A stretch of 59,493 bases of DNA, filler included. It is 5 parts of 5 records of this genome, joined end to end, with 100 filler letters (N's around TTAATTAATTAA, not from the genome) between each part and the next. Parts side by side here need not be neighbours in the genome. Positions count along the whole stretch, not along the records: positions 43,908 to 50,104 come from DRR723986_31642; positions 50,205 to 59,493 come from DRR723986_31666; 3 more parts are not named here. The stretch is one strand, 5' to 3'. Positions within the stretch are counted from its first letter, which is position 1. Each line of letters begins with the position of its first letter. Position numbers and translations under genes: made by a program. Shown one piece after another: positions 49,025-59,322 of this stretch. Below the pieces are notes generated by a model. It worked only from the letters and a program-made list of their open reading frames with translations, did no database searches and was not told the DNA's origin.

Positions 49025-49801
49025 ATGACGCGAGTGCCTCGCAATGTCATAACCGTTTCCCCACCCAATCTGGACAGGACCGGGTTCCTGACCCTGGAAC
49101 AGGGTCTTGCCGGTCCTGATCAGACAACTGGCCGCGACTGGCTGATCCACCGGCTGTCCGAGGGGTTGCAGGTGCGCATGCTGCGCGCGCCCCTGCGCGG
49201 GTTCATCGAATTCGTCCCCGGGCGCGCCACCTGGAGAACCATCAAGGGGGCGGCGCAATCGGTTGTGATCGAATGCCTTCGCGTCGATGCCCAGGCCGAC
49301 CGAGCCGAAGGTGTCGGCGCGCTGTTGCGGGCCGCCGAGGATTGGGCGCGCTACTACGGGTTCTCGACGATCCTGATTCTGCTTCGCGATGACGAAGATC
49401 GAGACCTGCGGTCTCAGTTGCGTCGCCGGGGTTATCTGATGCTGGACCGGACCAGAGGCGAGGTGCATCTTTGGGGTTTGGTGCTGCAAGGGCCGGTGCC
49501 TTTGCCGCTGCTGCCGCAGGACTGGCGCGGGCGTGCCGCGCGGTTGGGGCCCGGGCTTGTGTTGCAAAGCCTCGGAAACAGCGAAAGCCGGCGGCAAAAG
49601 GCAGAAGAGCTTTTGCGGTGCGGGCGCGAGGCCGGGTTGCTGGCCCGACTGGACCACATGCGCACCGCCGATCAGGCGCGGGCGCGACTGGCCTGCCCGG
49701 ACGCCATGTCTTGTGTGGTTCTGGATGGCGATCTTGTTGGCAACTGCAGTTGGTCCGTCACCCAGATCTGGCAGGAAATCCGCCGCCGAAAAGGGGTCTA
49801 G
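49025..49801 (+). CDS. Divergent YoaP-like GNAT-fold protein
   Basis: [10 protein letters not shown]...[12 protein letters not shown]...VIECLRV...[14 protein letters not shown] and C-terminal CP..SCVVLDG resemble YoaP proteins. Confidence 0.6.
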   Translation: MTRVPRNVITVSPPNLDRTGFLTLEQGLAGPDQTTGRDWLIHRLSEGLQVRMLRAPLRGFIEFVPGRATWRTIKGAAQSVVIECLRVDAQADRAEGVGALLRAAEDWARYYGFSTILILLRDDEDRDLRSQLRRRGYLMLDRTRGEVHLWGLVLQGPVPLPLLPQDWRGRAARLGPGLVLQSLGNSESRRQKAEELLRCGREAGLLARLDHMRTADQARARLACPDAMSCVVLDGDLVGNCSWSVTQIWQEIRRRKGV

Positions 49802-50104
49802 TCGCCTGCGAAGGCACACAAGGTATGGACTGACATACCCATGGACTCCAGCCGCTTGCGGCCCCCCAGGTCGGGCAGATCGACCACGAAAGCAGTTCCC
49901 ACCACCTGCGCGCCCAACCGTTCGATCAGCCTGATCCCGGCCTCGGCGGTGCCGCCGGTGGCCAACAGGTCGTCAACCAGCAGCACGGTTTCGCCCGGTT
50001 GCAGGCAATCGTCGTGGATCTCGACAGTCGCGCTGGCATATTCCAGCGTGTAGTCCTGCGAAATTGTCTTGCCCGGCAGCTTGCCCTTCTTGCGGATCGG
50101 CACG
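49798..50104 (-). CDS. apt: Adenine phosphoribosyltransferase, 5'-truncated
   Basis: [14 protein letters not shown] and [17 protein letters not shown] motif. Confidence 0.95.
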
Positions 50105-50204
50105 NNNNNNNNNNNNNNNNNNNNNNNNNNNNNNNNNNNNNNNNNNNNTTAATTAATTAANNNNNNNNNNNNNNNNNNNNNNNNNNNNNNNNNNNNNNNN
50201 NNNN
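50105..50204. other. Artificial contig spacer
   Basis: 44 N + TTAATTAATTAA + 44 N. Confidence 0.98.
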
Positions 50205-50260
50205 CGCCCCCGCAGGGGATCCTGCGAGGGCGTCGGGAGTGTCACGTCGGGTGAGGGCGA

Positions 50261-51268
50261 TCAGCCGTCGAAATCGACCTCTTCGATCAGCCGAAGTGCG
50301 GTGCCGCGCAGCTGGGCGAGGTCCATCAGGTTGACCCCGTCCGCTTCGAAGCTGCCCCAGCCCTGGACCAGATCGGCGGCCTCGGATCCCGGTGCGATCG
50401 GGTATTCGTAGTTGGCCTCGGCGTAGATTTCCTGCGCCTCGGGGGAGGTCAGGAATTCCATCATCTTCAGCGCGTTGTCGCGGTTCGGCGCATTCGCCGT
50501 CATGGCCACGCCGGAGATGTTCACATGGGTGCCGCCGCCTTCGAAGACCGGGAAGAGCACGTTGACGCTGTCGGCCCATTCCTTCTGCTCGTCGTCGCTC
50601 AGCATCTGGCCCATGTAATAGGTGTTGCCCAGCGAGATGTCGCATTCGCCGGCCCAGATCGCCTTGACCTGTGCGCGGTCGTTGCCCTGCGGCTTGCGGG
50701 CGAGGTTGGCCTTCACGCCTTCGAGCCACTCTTTCGCGCCCTCTTCGCCGAGGTGGTGGATCACTGCGGTGACCAGCGCGACGTTATAGGGGTGGGTGCC
50801 CGAGCGGGTACAGATGCGGCCCTGCCACTTGGGATCGGCGAGGTCTTCGTAGGTGGTGACCTCGGCGGGGTCGACGCGCTCTTTCGAGGCATAGACGATG
50901 CGGGCGCGGGTGGTCAGGCCCCACCAATGTCCCTCGGGGTCGTGGTACTGGGCGGGCACGTTCTCGGAGAGGACGTCGCTTTGCACCGGCTGCGTCAGCC
51001 CGGCATCGACCACCGCATAGAGGCGCGAGATGTCGACGGTGAAGACCAGATCGGCGGGCGAGCGGCTGCCCTCGGCCTGCAGGCGTTCGACCATGCCGTC
51101 TTCGAGATGGGCGACGTTGACCGCGATGCCGGTGGCCTCGGTGAAGGCCTCGGTGAGCGGGGCGAGCAGCTCGGGCTGGCGGTAGGAGTAGAGATTGACC
51201 TCTCCCTCGGCGAAGGCCGGGGCGGCAAGGGCCGTCAGGGTGAGGGCCGTGGTGGCGCGCAAGAACAT
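50261..51268 (-). CDS. Fe(III) ABC transporter substrate-binding protein (FutA/FbpA)
   Basis: Signal peptide, VNLYSYRQ, EGSRSPAD, GNDR and NTYY iron-binding tyrosines; start at ATG 51268. Confidence 0.92.
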   Translation of the reverse strand: MFLRATTALTLTALAAPAFAEGEVNLYSYRQPELLAPLTEAFTEATGIAVNVAHLEDGMVERLQAEGSRSPADLVFTVDISRLYAVVDAGLTQPVQSDVLSENVPAQYHDPEGHWWGLTTRARIVYASKERVDPAEVTTYEDLADPKWQGRICTRSGTHPYNVALVTAVIHHLGEEGAKEWLEGVKANLARKPQGNDRAQVKAIWAGECDISLGNTYYMGQMLSDDEQKEWADSVNVLFPVFEGGGTHVNISGVAMTANAPNRDNALKMMEFLTSPEAQEIYAEANYEYPIAPGSEAADLVQGWGSFEADGVNLMDLAQLRGTALRLIEEVDFDG

Positions 51269-51309
51269 GGGATCTCCTCTCGTGTCCATGTGACTTCGGG
51301 CGCAATTAA

Positions 51310-51353
51310 TCCGAGTGAAACACTCGGGTCAATGGCTGACAGATTTTATCGGA
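51310..51353 (-). promoter_or_regulatory. Two tandem 19-bp Iron-Rhodo-box-like operators
   Basis: TCCGAGTGAAACACTCGGG (51310-51328) and GCTGACAGATTTTATCGGA (51335-51353), upstream of the iron-binding protein gene. Confidence 0.55.
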
Positions 51354-51378
51354 AAAACGGCGCCGTCCGGATGCCGGG

Positions 51379-52191
51379 TCAGCGGCCTTTCTCATGCGCC
51401 TTGGCCTTGTCCCACAGCGCGTCCATCTCTTCGAGGGTGCTGTCGTCCGGCGCTTTACCCTTTGCTGCAAGAGCGGCCTCTATGTACCTGAATCTGCGTG
51501 TGAATTTCGAGTTGGCTGCGCGCAGCGCCGCTTCGGGGTCGATCTTCATGTGGCGGGCGAGATTGGCCATCACGAACAGCAGGTCCCCGAATTCCTCGAC
51601 GCGCGCTTCGGCGTCCTTAGCCTGTCGCAGCTCGTCCATTTCCTCGCGCATCTTGTCCATGACCTCGTCCGTCGAGGGCCAGTCGAACCCGACGCGGGCA
51701 GCGCGATTCTGCAGTTTCACCGCCCGCAGCAGCGCCGGAAGACCCAGCGCCACGCCGTCCAGCACGCCCGTCTCGGCCTTGGACGCGCGCTCGGCCGCCT
51801 TGATCTTCTCCCAGTCGAGGGTCTGCTGTTCCGGCGACTTGTCCCGGTTTTCATCGCCGAAGACATGGGGGTGGCGCGCGACCATCTTGTCGGACATCGT
51901 GTTCGCCACGTCCTCGATGTCGAACAATCCGCGCTCCTCGGCCATCTGCGCGTGAAACACCGACTGGAACAGCAGGTCGCCCAGTTCTCCCTTCAGCTCG
52001 TCCCAGGCCTGCCGCTCGATGGCGTCGGCGACTTCATGCGCCTCTTCGATGGTGTAGGGGGCGATCGAGGCGAAATCCTGCTCCAGGTCCCAGGGGCAGC
52101 CGGTGCGCGGGTCGCGCAGGCGGCGCATGATCTCGACGAGGCGGGGTATGCCGCCCTTCGGGTCGTGAACCAGTCGGTCGGAGTCGGTCAT
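51379..52191 (-). CDS. mazG: Nucleoside triphosphate pyrophosphohydrolase MazG
   Basis: GCPWD, EEAHEVADAI, ELGDLL, RHPHVF and EEFGDLLF. The real gene is the last 270 aa of the 701-aa track ORF. Confidence 0.95.
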   Translation of the reverse strand: MTDSDRLVHDPKGGIPRLVEIMRRLRDPRTGCPWDLEQDFASIAPYTIEEAHEVADAIERQAWDELKGELGDLLFQSVFHAQMAEERGLFDIEDVANTMSDKMVARHPHVFGDENRDKSPEQQTLDWEKIKAAERASKAETGVLDGVALGLPALLRAVKLQNRAARVGFDWPSTDEVMDKMREEMDELRQAKDAEARVEEFGDLLFVMANLARHMKIDPEAALRAANSKFTRRFRYIEAALAAKGKAPDDSTLEEMDALWDKAKAHEKGR

Positions 52192-52407
52192 CGGGATCGC
52201 CTTTCTGTCGCTCGCCCCCCGTTTCCTGTCGGATCGGCCGCGCGGAGTCCAGATGCCGGTGCAGGGGGCAGTGGTCCGATCCCGGCGCCCGGTGACAGCG
52301 GACCCGCGCCGCGATCCGCTGGCGCGCGGGGACCAGGCGCCCCGTGAGGTGGGGGCTTGCGCCTTGCCCGCAATCCGCCGACCCTGCGCGCCACAAAGGA
52401 GATCCCC

Positions 52408-53568
52408 ATGGCCATCGTGAATTCCATCGCCGCCCATGCCGAAGAGATGACCGGCTGGCGCCACCACCTGCACCGGACCCCGGAACTGGGTCTGGACTGC
52501 TTCAAGACCGCCGCCTTCGTCGTTGAAAGATTGAAGGAATTCGGGATTGCCGAGATCCACGAGGGCATCGCGCGATCCGGTGTGGTGGCGATCATCGAGG
52601 GGCGCGCCCCGGGCCGGACCATCGGGTTGCGCGCGGACATGGACGCCCTGCCGATGGACGACCTGTCGGGCACCGATCATGCCTCGGAGGTGCCCGGGCT
52701 TGCGCATACCTGCGGCCACGATGGCCATACGACGATGCTGCTGGGCGCCGCGCGCTACCTTGCCGAGACGCGCAATTTCGCCGGCCGCGTGGCGCTGATC
52801 TTCCAGCCCGCCGAAGAGAACGAGGGCGGCGGGCGCATCATGGTCGAAGAGGGCATCATGGAGCGCTTCGACATCGCCGAGGTCTATGGCATCCACAACG
52901 CCCCGGGCCTGCCCGAAGGCACGCTCCACACCAATCCCGGGCCTCTTCTGGCGGGGGTGGACGAATTCACCGTCACCATCACCGGCGTCGGGGGCCATGG
53001 GGCGCAGCCGCATGACACGCGCGACCCGGTGGTCGCGGCGGCTTCGATGGTCATGGCCTTGCAGACGATCCTGTCGCGCAACGTGGATGCGCTCGACCGG
53101 GTGATCCTGAGCGTGACGCAGATCCACACCGGCAGCGCCATGAACATCGTGCCCGAGGCGGCGGTGCTGAACGGCACCGTGCGCTACTACGACAAATCCG
53201 TGCAGGAGATGGTCCGCGCGCGCATGGCGGAGGTGGTCGAGTTTCAGGCGAAGAGCTTCGGCCAGAGCGCGACCCTCGACTATCTCGAGGGCTATCCGCC
53301 CACGATCAACCACCCGGAACAGGCGGCCTTCGCCTGCGCGGTCGCGCGCGAGGTCGTGGGGGCGGACAAGGTCGAGGCCGACACGCCGCCGATCATGCCG
53401 GGAGAGGATTTCGCCTATATGCTCGAGGCGCGCCCGGGGGCCTACCTGTTCCTTGGGCAGGGCGACACGCCCTCCTGCCACCATCCGAAGTACGACTTCA
53501 ACGACGCCATCGCCCCGATCGGCGCCAGCTTCTTCGCCCGTCTTGTGGAGAAGGCATTGCCTTTGTAA
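52408..53568 (+). CDS. M20 family amidohydrolase (hippurate hydrolase-like)
   Basis: LRADMDALP, HTCGHDGH, FQPAEE, GEDF and HHPKYDFND; AAGGAG RBS before ATG 52408. Confidence 0.92.
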   Translation: MAIVNSIAAHAEEMTGWRHHLHRTPELGLDCFKTAAFVVERLKEFGIAEIHEGIARSGVVAIIEGRAPGRTIGLRADMDALPMDDLSGTDHASEVPGLAHTCGHDGHTTMLLGAARYLAETRNFAGRVALIFQPAEENEGGGRIMVEEGIMERFDIAEVYGIHNAPGLPEGTLHTNPGPLLAGVDEFTVTITGVGGHGAQPHDTRDPVVAAASMVMALQTILSRNVDALDRVILSVTQIHTGSAMNIVPEAAVLNGTVRYYDKSVQEMVRARMAEVVEFQAKSFGQSATLDYLEGYPPTINHPEQAAFACAVAREVVGADKVEADTPPIMPGEDFAYMLEARPGAYLFLGQGDTPSCHHPKYDFNDAIAPIGASFFARLVEKALPL

Positions 53569-53628
53569 CGCTGTCGGCGGCGTCCGAAGCGGGCGCCGCC
53601 GTCACGCAGCCGGAGAAAGGCCCGCCCC

Positions 53629-54588
53629 ATGTCCCTCGAAGACGCCAAGCGACAGATCGACCACGCCTTCACCCGGCAGGACCTGAAGGGGCCCTCCTTC
53701 GAGAACGTCTTTGCCGGCGCCGCCTCCTTCCTGCGGCGCAAGTACACCAAGGACCTGACCGCCGTGGACATCGCCGTGACCGGGCTGCCCTTCGATCAGG
53801 CGGTGACGAACCGGCCCGGCACGCGGCTGGGACCGCGGGCGATTCGCGAAGCCTCGCTGTTGCAGACCATGGACAAACCCTATGGCTGGGACTTCGACCT
53901 CCTGTCGGATTTCGCCATCGCGGATTACGGCGACATGGCCTTCGACTACGCGATGCCCTCCGAGGTGCCGGCCCGGATCGAGCAGCACATCGGCGGCATC
54001 CTCGACGCGGGCGCGGCCTGCGTGGCGCTGGGGGGCGACCATTCGGTGACGCTTGGCGCGCTCAGGGCGCATGCGAAGAAGCACGGCCCGCTGTCGGTGA
54101 TCCAGTTCGACGCCCATACGGACACATGGGCCGACGACGATCCGGCCCGCGTGGATCACGGGACCTTCCTCTATACGGCGGTGAAGGAGGGGATCGTCGT
54201 CCCCGAGCGCTCCGTCCAGATCGGCATCCGCACCGACAATCCCGACACCCTCGGCTTTCACATCCTCGACGCGCGCGAGGTCCATGCCTCCGGCTCCGAG
54301 CGCATCGCCGAACGGGTACATGAGATCGTCGGGGGCGCGGCCTGCTACATCACCTTCGACATCGACGCGCTGGACCCGGCCTTTGCGCCGGGCACCGGCA
54401 CGCCGGTCTGGGGCGGGCTGTCCAGCCATCAGGCGGCGGTGATGATGCGGCGGCTGGCGGGCGTGAACATGGTCGGCGGCGACGTGGTCGAGGTCTCTCC
54501 GCCCTTCGACACGACCGGCGCCACGGCCATCGCCGCCGCCCATGTGGCGACGGAGCTGCTGTGCATCTGGGCCTCCACCCGGCGCTGA
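53629..54588 (+). CDS. speB: Agmatinase (ureohydrolase family)
   Basis: GGDHS, FDAHTD, DIDALDPAFAPGTGTP and DVVEVSP. Confidence 0.9.
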   Translation: MSLEDAKRQIDHAFTRQDLKGPSFENVFAGAASFLRRKYTKDLTAVDIAVTGLPFDQAVTNRPGTRLGPRAIREASLLQTMDKPYGWDFDLLSDFAIADYGDMAFDYAMPSEVPARIEQHIGGILDAGAACVALGGDHSVTLGALRAHAKKHGPLSVIQFDAHTDTWADDDPARVDHGTFLYTAVKEGIVVPERSVQIGIRTDNPDTLGFHILDAREVHASGSERIAERVHEIVGGAACYITFDIDALDPAFAPGTGTPVWGGLSSHQAAVMMRRLAGVNMVGGDVVEVSPPFDTTGATAIAAAHVATELLCIWASTRR

Positions 54589-54842
54589 GACCCACCGCCC
54601 GGGCCCTTTGCCTGCGCCCCCGGGTCGGCGAAATCCTGCCCGTTTTGCCGGTCGCCCCGCCTCCGACCGGGTGTCATGGCCGGGCCGGGGTTGTGCAACC
54701 GGCTGGGAACGCTCAAGTCCACCCCGGGCCGCAGTGGACTGCGGTCGCCGTTTGGCCGGTCCCCCGGGGGCGGCCCCTTTGAGAATCGTCCCGATCCGTG
54801 GCAAGCCTGCCCGGACACCCGGACAGCAAGACAGGACTTCCC

Positions 54843-55271
54843 GTGCGCATGGTCTTCTTCCTCATTCTCGCGATCGTCGTCGGCGGCCTGGCCTGGATCA
54901 GGCTCGCGCCCTCGGACCCGGCGGTCTGGAACGTCGATCCGCAGGTCACGGCGGATCAGGACCTCGCGAACGGCGTGCGCCGGCGCATCATGGGCGGCGA
55001 CGAGGTGCTGGAGATGCTCAATTCCATCATCCTCTCGACGCCGCGGACCGACCTGCTGGCGGGCACGACCGCCGAGGGGCAGATCACCTATGTCACGCGG
55101 TCCAAGTGGATGGGTTTTCCCGATTACACCACCCTGAAGGCCGAGGAGGGCGTGATCGAGCTTTATGCCCGCGCGCGGTTCGGGCAATCCGACCTTGGCG
55201 TGAACCGCAAGCGGGTCGAGGCATGGCTTGCGGAACTGCAGGTGCGCCGCGCTGCCGCCGAGGGCGCTTGA
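54843..55271 (+). CDS. DUF1499 domain protein
   Basis: N-terminal TM; YVTRSKWMGFPD, RARFGQSDLGVNRKRV. GTG start after AGGA (or ATG 54849). Confidence 0.85.
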   Translation: MRMVFFLILAIVVGGLAWIRLAPSDPAVWNVDPQVTADQDLANGVRRRIMGGDEVLEMLNSIILSTPRTDLLAGTTAEGQITYVTRSKWMGFPDYTTLKAEEGVIELYARARFGQSDLGVNRKRVEAWLAELQVRRAAAEGA

Positions 55272-55301
55272 CGCCCCTGCGCCCATGCGCGATGGAAGCC
55301 C

Positions 55302-56351
55302 ATGATCCCGTCAGACCGTTTGCAGCAGATCAAGGAGCGTCTCGAATATGTCGAGGCGCGCATGTCCACGGGCGAGGGCGATATCGCCGCGCTGGGGCGT
55401 GAATACGCCGAGCTGAAGCCCGTGGTGGCCCAGATCGCCGAATGGGAGCGCCTGCAGGCGGATATCGCCGAGGCCGAGGCGATGCTGAAGGACCCCGAGA
55501 TGAAGGCGCTGGCCGAGGAAGAGCTTCCCGACCTGCGCGCCCGCCTGCCTGAGGCCGAGCACGCGGTGCAACTGGCCCTCTTGCCGCGCGATGCCGCCGA
55601 CGCGCGCCCCGCCATGCTGGAGATCCGTCCCGGCACGGGCGGCGACGAGGCGGCTTTGTTCGCCAGCGATCTCGCGCGCATGTACCAACGCTATTGCGAG
55701 GCGCGCGGCTGGCGTTGGGAGGTCATCGAGGAGCAGTTGTCGGAGCTGGGGGGCGTGCGCGAACTGGTGGTGCGGATCGCCGGAGAGAACGTCTTTGCGC
55801 GGCTGAAGTTCGAAAGCGGCGTCCACCGCGTCCAGCGCGTGCCCGATACCGAAAGCGGCGGGCGCATCCACACCTCTGCCGCCACCGTCGCGGTGCTGCC
55901 CGAGGCGGAAGAGGTCGACATCCGCATCGACCCGAACGAGATCCGCATCGACACCATGCGCTCCAGCGGGGCGGGTGGGCAGCACGTGAACACGACGGAT
56001 TCCGCTGTACGCATCACGCATATTCCCTCGGGAATCGTGGTGACGAGTTCCGAGAAGTCCCAGCACCGCAACCGCGAGATCGCCATGCAGGTGCTGCGCG
56101 CGCGGCTCTTCGACATGGAACGGCAGAAGGCGGACACGGCGCGCTCCGCCGACCGCAAGGCGCAGGTCGGCTCCGGCGACCGGTCCGAGCGGATCCGCAC
56201 CTACAACTTCCCGCAGGGTCGCATGACCGATCACCGCATCGGGCTGACGCTCTACCGGCTGGAACAGATCCTGCAGGGCGACCTCGACGAGATCGTCGAC
56301 GCGCTGACCGCAGAGCATCAGGCCGCGCAACTGGCGGAGATGCAGGCATGA
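55302..56351 (+). CDS. prfA: Peptide chain release factor 1
   Basis: [11 protein letters not shown] (PxT), GAGGQHVN and RTYNFPQ. Confidence 0.97.
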   Translation: MIPSDRLQQIKERLEYVEARMSTGEGDIAALGREYAELKPVVAQIAEWERLQADIAEAEAMLKDPEMKALAEEELPDLRARLPEAEHAVQLALLPRDAADARPAMLEIRPGTGGDEAALFASDLARMYQRYCEARGWRWEVIEEQLSELGGVRELVVRIAGENVFARLKFESGVHRVQRVPDTESGGRIHTSAATVAVLPEAEEVDIRIDPNEIRIDTMRSSGAGGQHVNTTDSAVRITHIPSGIVVTSSEKSQHRNREIAMQVLRARLFDMERQKADTARSADRKAQVGSGDRSERIRTYNFPQGRMTDHRIGLTLYRLEQILQGDLDEIVDALTAEHQAAQLAEMQA

Positions 56352-56359
56352 GGGCGCGG

Positions 56360-56404
56360 GCAAATTTCTTCGAAGAAATTTGCAAATTCCATGGATGGAA
56401 TTTG
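56360..56404. repeat. AT-rich double palindrome (REP-like) between prfA and prmC
   Basis: GCAAATTTCTTCGAAGAAATTTGC (perfect 24 bp) fused to CAAATTCCAT-GG-ATGGAATTTG. Confidence 0.75.
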
Positions 56405-56420
56405 GGCGGGACAGGTGGCG

Positions 56421-57263
56421 ATGCGCGGGTCTGACCTTCTGGCGCAGGGCACGGCGCGGCTGGCGGCGGAGGACATCCCCGATCCCGGCCGCGATGCGCG
56501 GCGCCTGCTGAGCCATGTCCTCAAGGTGCCGCCCGGGCGGCTGACGCTGTTCCTGCCGGAACCCGTGGACGCGGATCTCGCGGATCTCTACCGCGGCCTG
56601 ATCGCGCGCCGCGCCGGGCGCGAGCCGATCAGCCATCTCGTCGGGCGGCGGATGTTCTACGGGCGCGAGTTCCTCGTCACCCCCGAGGTGCTGGACCCGC
56701 GCCCCGAAACCGAAACCCTGATCGAAGTGGCGCTGGCGCAGCCCTTTTCCACGGTGCTCGATCTTGGCACCGGCTCGGGGTGCATCCTTCTGACCCTGCT
56801 GTCCGAGCGCGAGACGGCGGTGGGCATCGGCACCGACCTCAGCCCCGAGGCGCTGAACGTGGCCTTCTGGAACCGCAACGCGCTGGGGCTCGAGGCACGC
56901 GCGGCGTTGGAAGAGGGCGACTGGTACGCGCCGCTGCGCGGCAGCACGGAAAGCTTCGACCTGATCGTCTCCAACCCGCCCTATATCGCCGTGAACGAGA
57001 TGCCCTTCCTCGCCCCGGAGGTGCGCGACCACGAGCCCCGGCTGGCCCTGACGGACGAGGCCGACGGCCTGACCGCCTATCATGCCATCCTCGACGGCTT
57101 TTCGCCCTGGCTTGCGCCGGGGGGCCGTCTGGTTGTCGAGATCGGCGCGGGGCAGGGCATGGCGGTCTCGCAGCTGTTCACCCGGGCGGGTCTGCGTCGG
57201 GTCAGGGTGATCCCCGACATCGACGGACGCGACCGGGTGGTGACCGGAGTCGCGGCGGGCTGA
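56421..57263 (+). CDS. prmC: Release factor glutamine N5-methyltransferase
   Basis: DPRPETE, LDLGTGSG and VSNPPY; downstream of prfA. Confidence 0.95.
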   Translation: MRGSDLLAQGTARLAAEDIPDPGRDARRLLSHVLKVPPGRLTLFLPEPVDADLADLYRGLIARRAGREPISHLVGRRMFYGREFLVTPEVLDPRPETETLIEVALAQPFSTVLDLGTGSGCILLTLLSERETAVGIGTDLSPEALNVAFWNRNALGLEARAALEEGDWYAPLRGSTESFDLIVSNPPYIAVNEMPFLAPEVRDHEPRLALTDEADGLTAYHAILDGFSPWLAPGGRLVVEIGAGQGMAVSQLFTRAGLRRVRVIPDIDGRDRVVTGVAAG

Positions 57264-57519
57264 GCGGGCCCGCAGCCGTGAATCCTGTGGAAAACCGGCG
57301 AAAACCTGCGTCAAAACGCCTGTTTCAAGGGTTTGGAAACGGTTTTGGGCTTGTCTGGAGCAGGGCGGTGTGCATATTCAGGGTCAGTCGGGCAGTCGAT
57401 GGGCAGCACGCCGATCCGGCCGACGCCAAGCCATACATCACGGTGACGGAACGAATTCAGACGCCTCAGCGTCGCAGCCGCTCACCAAGCCGAAGAATAA
57501 AGGCTGGAAACCAGAAAAC

Positions 57520-58245
57520 ATGCGTTCATCCAAATCCCGCTCGCGGAACAAGAACAACCGCAACCGCAACAATTCGCTGGGTAATGTCGTCAACCGCGTG
57601 TTTGACAGCAGCGGCCCCGAAGGCAAGGTGCGCGGCACTCCGCAGCAGATTATCGACAAGTACAACCAGTTGGCGCGCGATGCCTCTCTGAGCAACGACC
57701 GTGTCGCGACAGAGAATTTTCAGCAGCACGCCGAGCATTACCTGCGCATGTTGAGCGAGGCTCAGCGCGAGCAGGATCACCGGCGAGAGCAGCAGGACCG
57801 CGAGGTCCGCGAGCGGCAGGCGAGCCGTGACCGGGATCGCGGCCAGCGCGACCAGAATGACGGCGACAGCCGCGGGGACGAGGGCGAGGAGCCGCAGGCC
57901 CAGACCCAGCCCCAGCAGGAGCCGCGCGAGAAGGGCGACCGTCAGCATACGCGACGCCGTCAGCCGGCCAGCGTGGATCCCGCCGATGCGCCGCAGCCCG
58001 ACATCTTCGATCTGGGTGGGGGTGACGACGACGGTCCGGGGCTGGTGGACACGCCCGAATCCCGGGGCGACAGCAAGCCCGCCGAAACCAAGTCTTCGGA
58101 GAAGAAGCAGCCGGAAGGCGAGGCGCCTCAGGCCGAAGCCAAGCCCAAGAAGCCGCGCGCGCCGCGCAAGCCGCGCAAGCCCAAGGCAGAGGCCGCGGAC
58201 GCCGCGGCCGAGGCGCCCCAGACACCGGATGCCGCCGCGGAGTGA
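57520..58245 (+). CDS. DUF4167 domain protein
   Basis: NRVFDSSGPEGKVRGTPQQIIDKYNQLARDA...ENFQQHAEHY followed by a disordered charged tail; normal position after prmC. Confidence 0.9.
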   Translation: MRSSKSRSRNKNNRNRNNSLGNVVNRVFDSSGPEGKVRGTPQQIIDKYNQLARDASLSNDRVATENFQQHAEHYLRMLSEAQREQDHRREQQDREVRERQASRDRDRGQRDQNDGDSRGDEGEEPQAQTQPQQEPREKGDRQHTRRRQPASVDPADAPQPDIFDLGGGDDDGPGLVDTPESRGDSKPAETKSSEKKQPEGEAPQAEAKPKKPRAPRKPRKPKAEAADAAAEAPQTPDAAAE

Positions 58246-58285
58246 TCCGGGCAGGCTGAAACGTCCGGGACGACTCACGAAAAGG

Positions 58286-58320
58286 ACGCCGGCGCGGGGA
58301 ACCGTGTCGGCGTTTCGCGT
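58286..58320 (+). terminator. Probable intrinsic terminator
   Basis: ACGCCGGCGCGG-GGAA-CCGTGTCGGCGT followed by TTCGCGT. Confidence 0.55.
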
Positions 58321-58488
58321 TTCGGAATGGCACTGTGCGGCACCCGTCTGCGTGCAACGGCTGTGCGGGCCAGCGGGGGGGCCGCTCCGGTGGGCGGCAA
58401 GCCGTGGCGGCTCTCGTGGCCGGTGCGAAGCGCGCGACCTTGGATGCAAGGGGCAAAGGCCCGGCCGGGACAGGGGCCGGGCCCGGGG

Positions 58489-59322
58489 TCACTCGAAGGT
58501 GCGGGCGAGGGCGCAGAAGGCCTCCAGCGGGACGCGCTCGGCGCGCTCGGTGGGGGCGATGCCGGCGGTGTGCAGCCGGTCCTCGATGTCGGGGGCAAGG
58601 CCCTTCAGCGCCGCGCGCAGCATCTTGCGCCGCTGGTTGAAGGCGGCGGCGACCACACGCTCCAGCAGCTTGGGCTGGGCGGGAAAGCGCGGTTCGGGCA
58701 GGGCGGTCAGATGGACCACGGCGGAGGACACCTTGGGCGGCGGCGTGAAGGCGCCGGGCGGCAGGGTCAGCGCGATGCGTGGCGTGGCGCGCCACTGCGA
58801 CAGGATCGCGAGGCGGCCATAGGCCTTCGATCCCGGCTCGGCGGTGATGCGCTCTGCCACCTCTTTCTGGAACATGAGCGTGAGCGAGGACCAGAAGGGC
58901 GGCCATTCGGGCGGCGTCAGCCAGCGGATCAGCAACTCCGTGCCGACGTTGTAGGGCAGGTTGGCGCAGATCGCGATGGGCGGCGTCAGATGCGCCAGAG
59001 CGTCCACCTCGAGCGCGTCGCCCTCGATGACCTGAAGGCGGCCCGGCGCGGCCTCGGCGATCTCGGCCAGCGCGGGCAGGCAACGCGGGTCCTTCTCGAT
59101 CGCCAGCACGCGGCGCGCGCCTTCGGAGAGCAGCCCGCGGGTCAGGCCGCCGGGGCCGGGACCGACCTCGAGCACATCCATGCCCGACAGATCTCCGGGG
59201 ATGCGCGCGATGCGGGCGGTCAGCGTCAGGTCCAGCAGGAAGTTCTGCCCCAGCGCCTTGCGCGCGGAGAGCTGGTGCTTCGCGATGACCTCGCGCAGGG
59301 GCGGCAGGCTTTCGACGCTCAT
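58489..59322 (-). CDS. rsmA: 16S rRNA adenine dimethyltransferase RsmA/KsgA
   Basis: [30 protein letters not shown] and FTPPPKVSS. Confidence 0.96.
   Translation of the reverse strand: MSVESLPPLREVIAKHQLSARKALGQNFLLDLTLTARIARIPGDLSGMDVLEVGPGPGGLTRGLLSEGARRVLAIEKDPRCLPALAEIAEAAPGRLQVIEGDALEVDALAHLTPPIAICANLPYNVGTELLIRWLTPPEWPPFWSSLTLMFQKEVAERITAEPGSKAYGRLAILSQWRATPRIALTLPPGAFTPPPKVSSAVVHLTALPEPRFPAQPKLLERVVAAAFNQRRKMLRAALKGLAPDIEDRLHTAGIAPTERAERVPLEAFCALARTFE

Noticed and set aside
51379..53484. 701-aa MazG fusion protein
   Set aside because: The N-terminal extension is mostly the antisense shadow of the M20 amidohydrolase; MazG similarity begins at ATG 52191.
54589..54842. GC-rich speB-DUF1499 intergenic hairpins as a MITE or ncRNA
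   Set aside because: Only short stems (e.g. CCGGTCG/CGACCGG), no terminal repeats or second copy in the window; compatible with chance.
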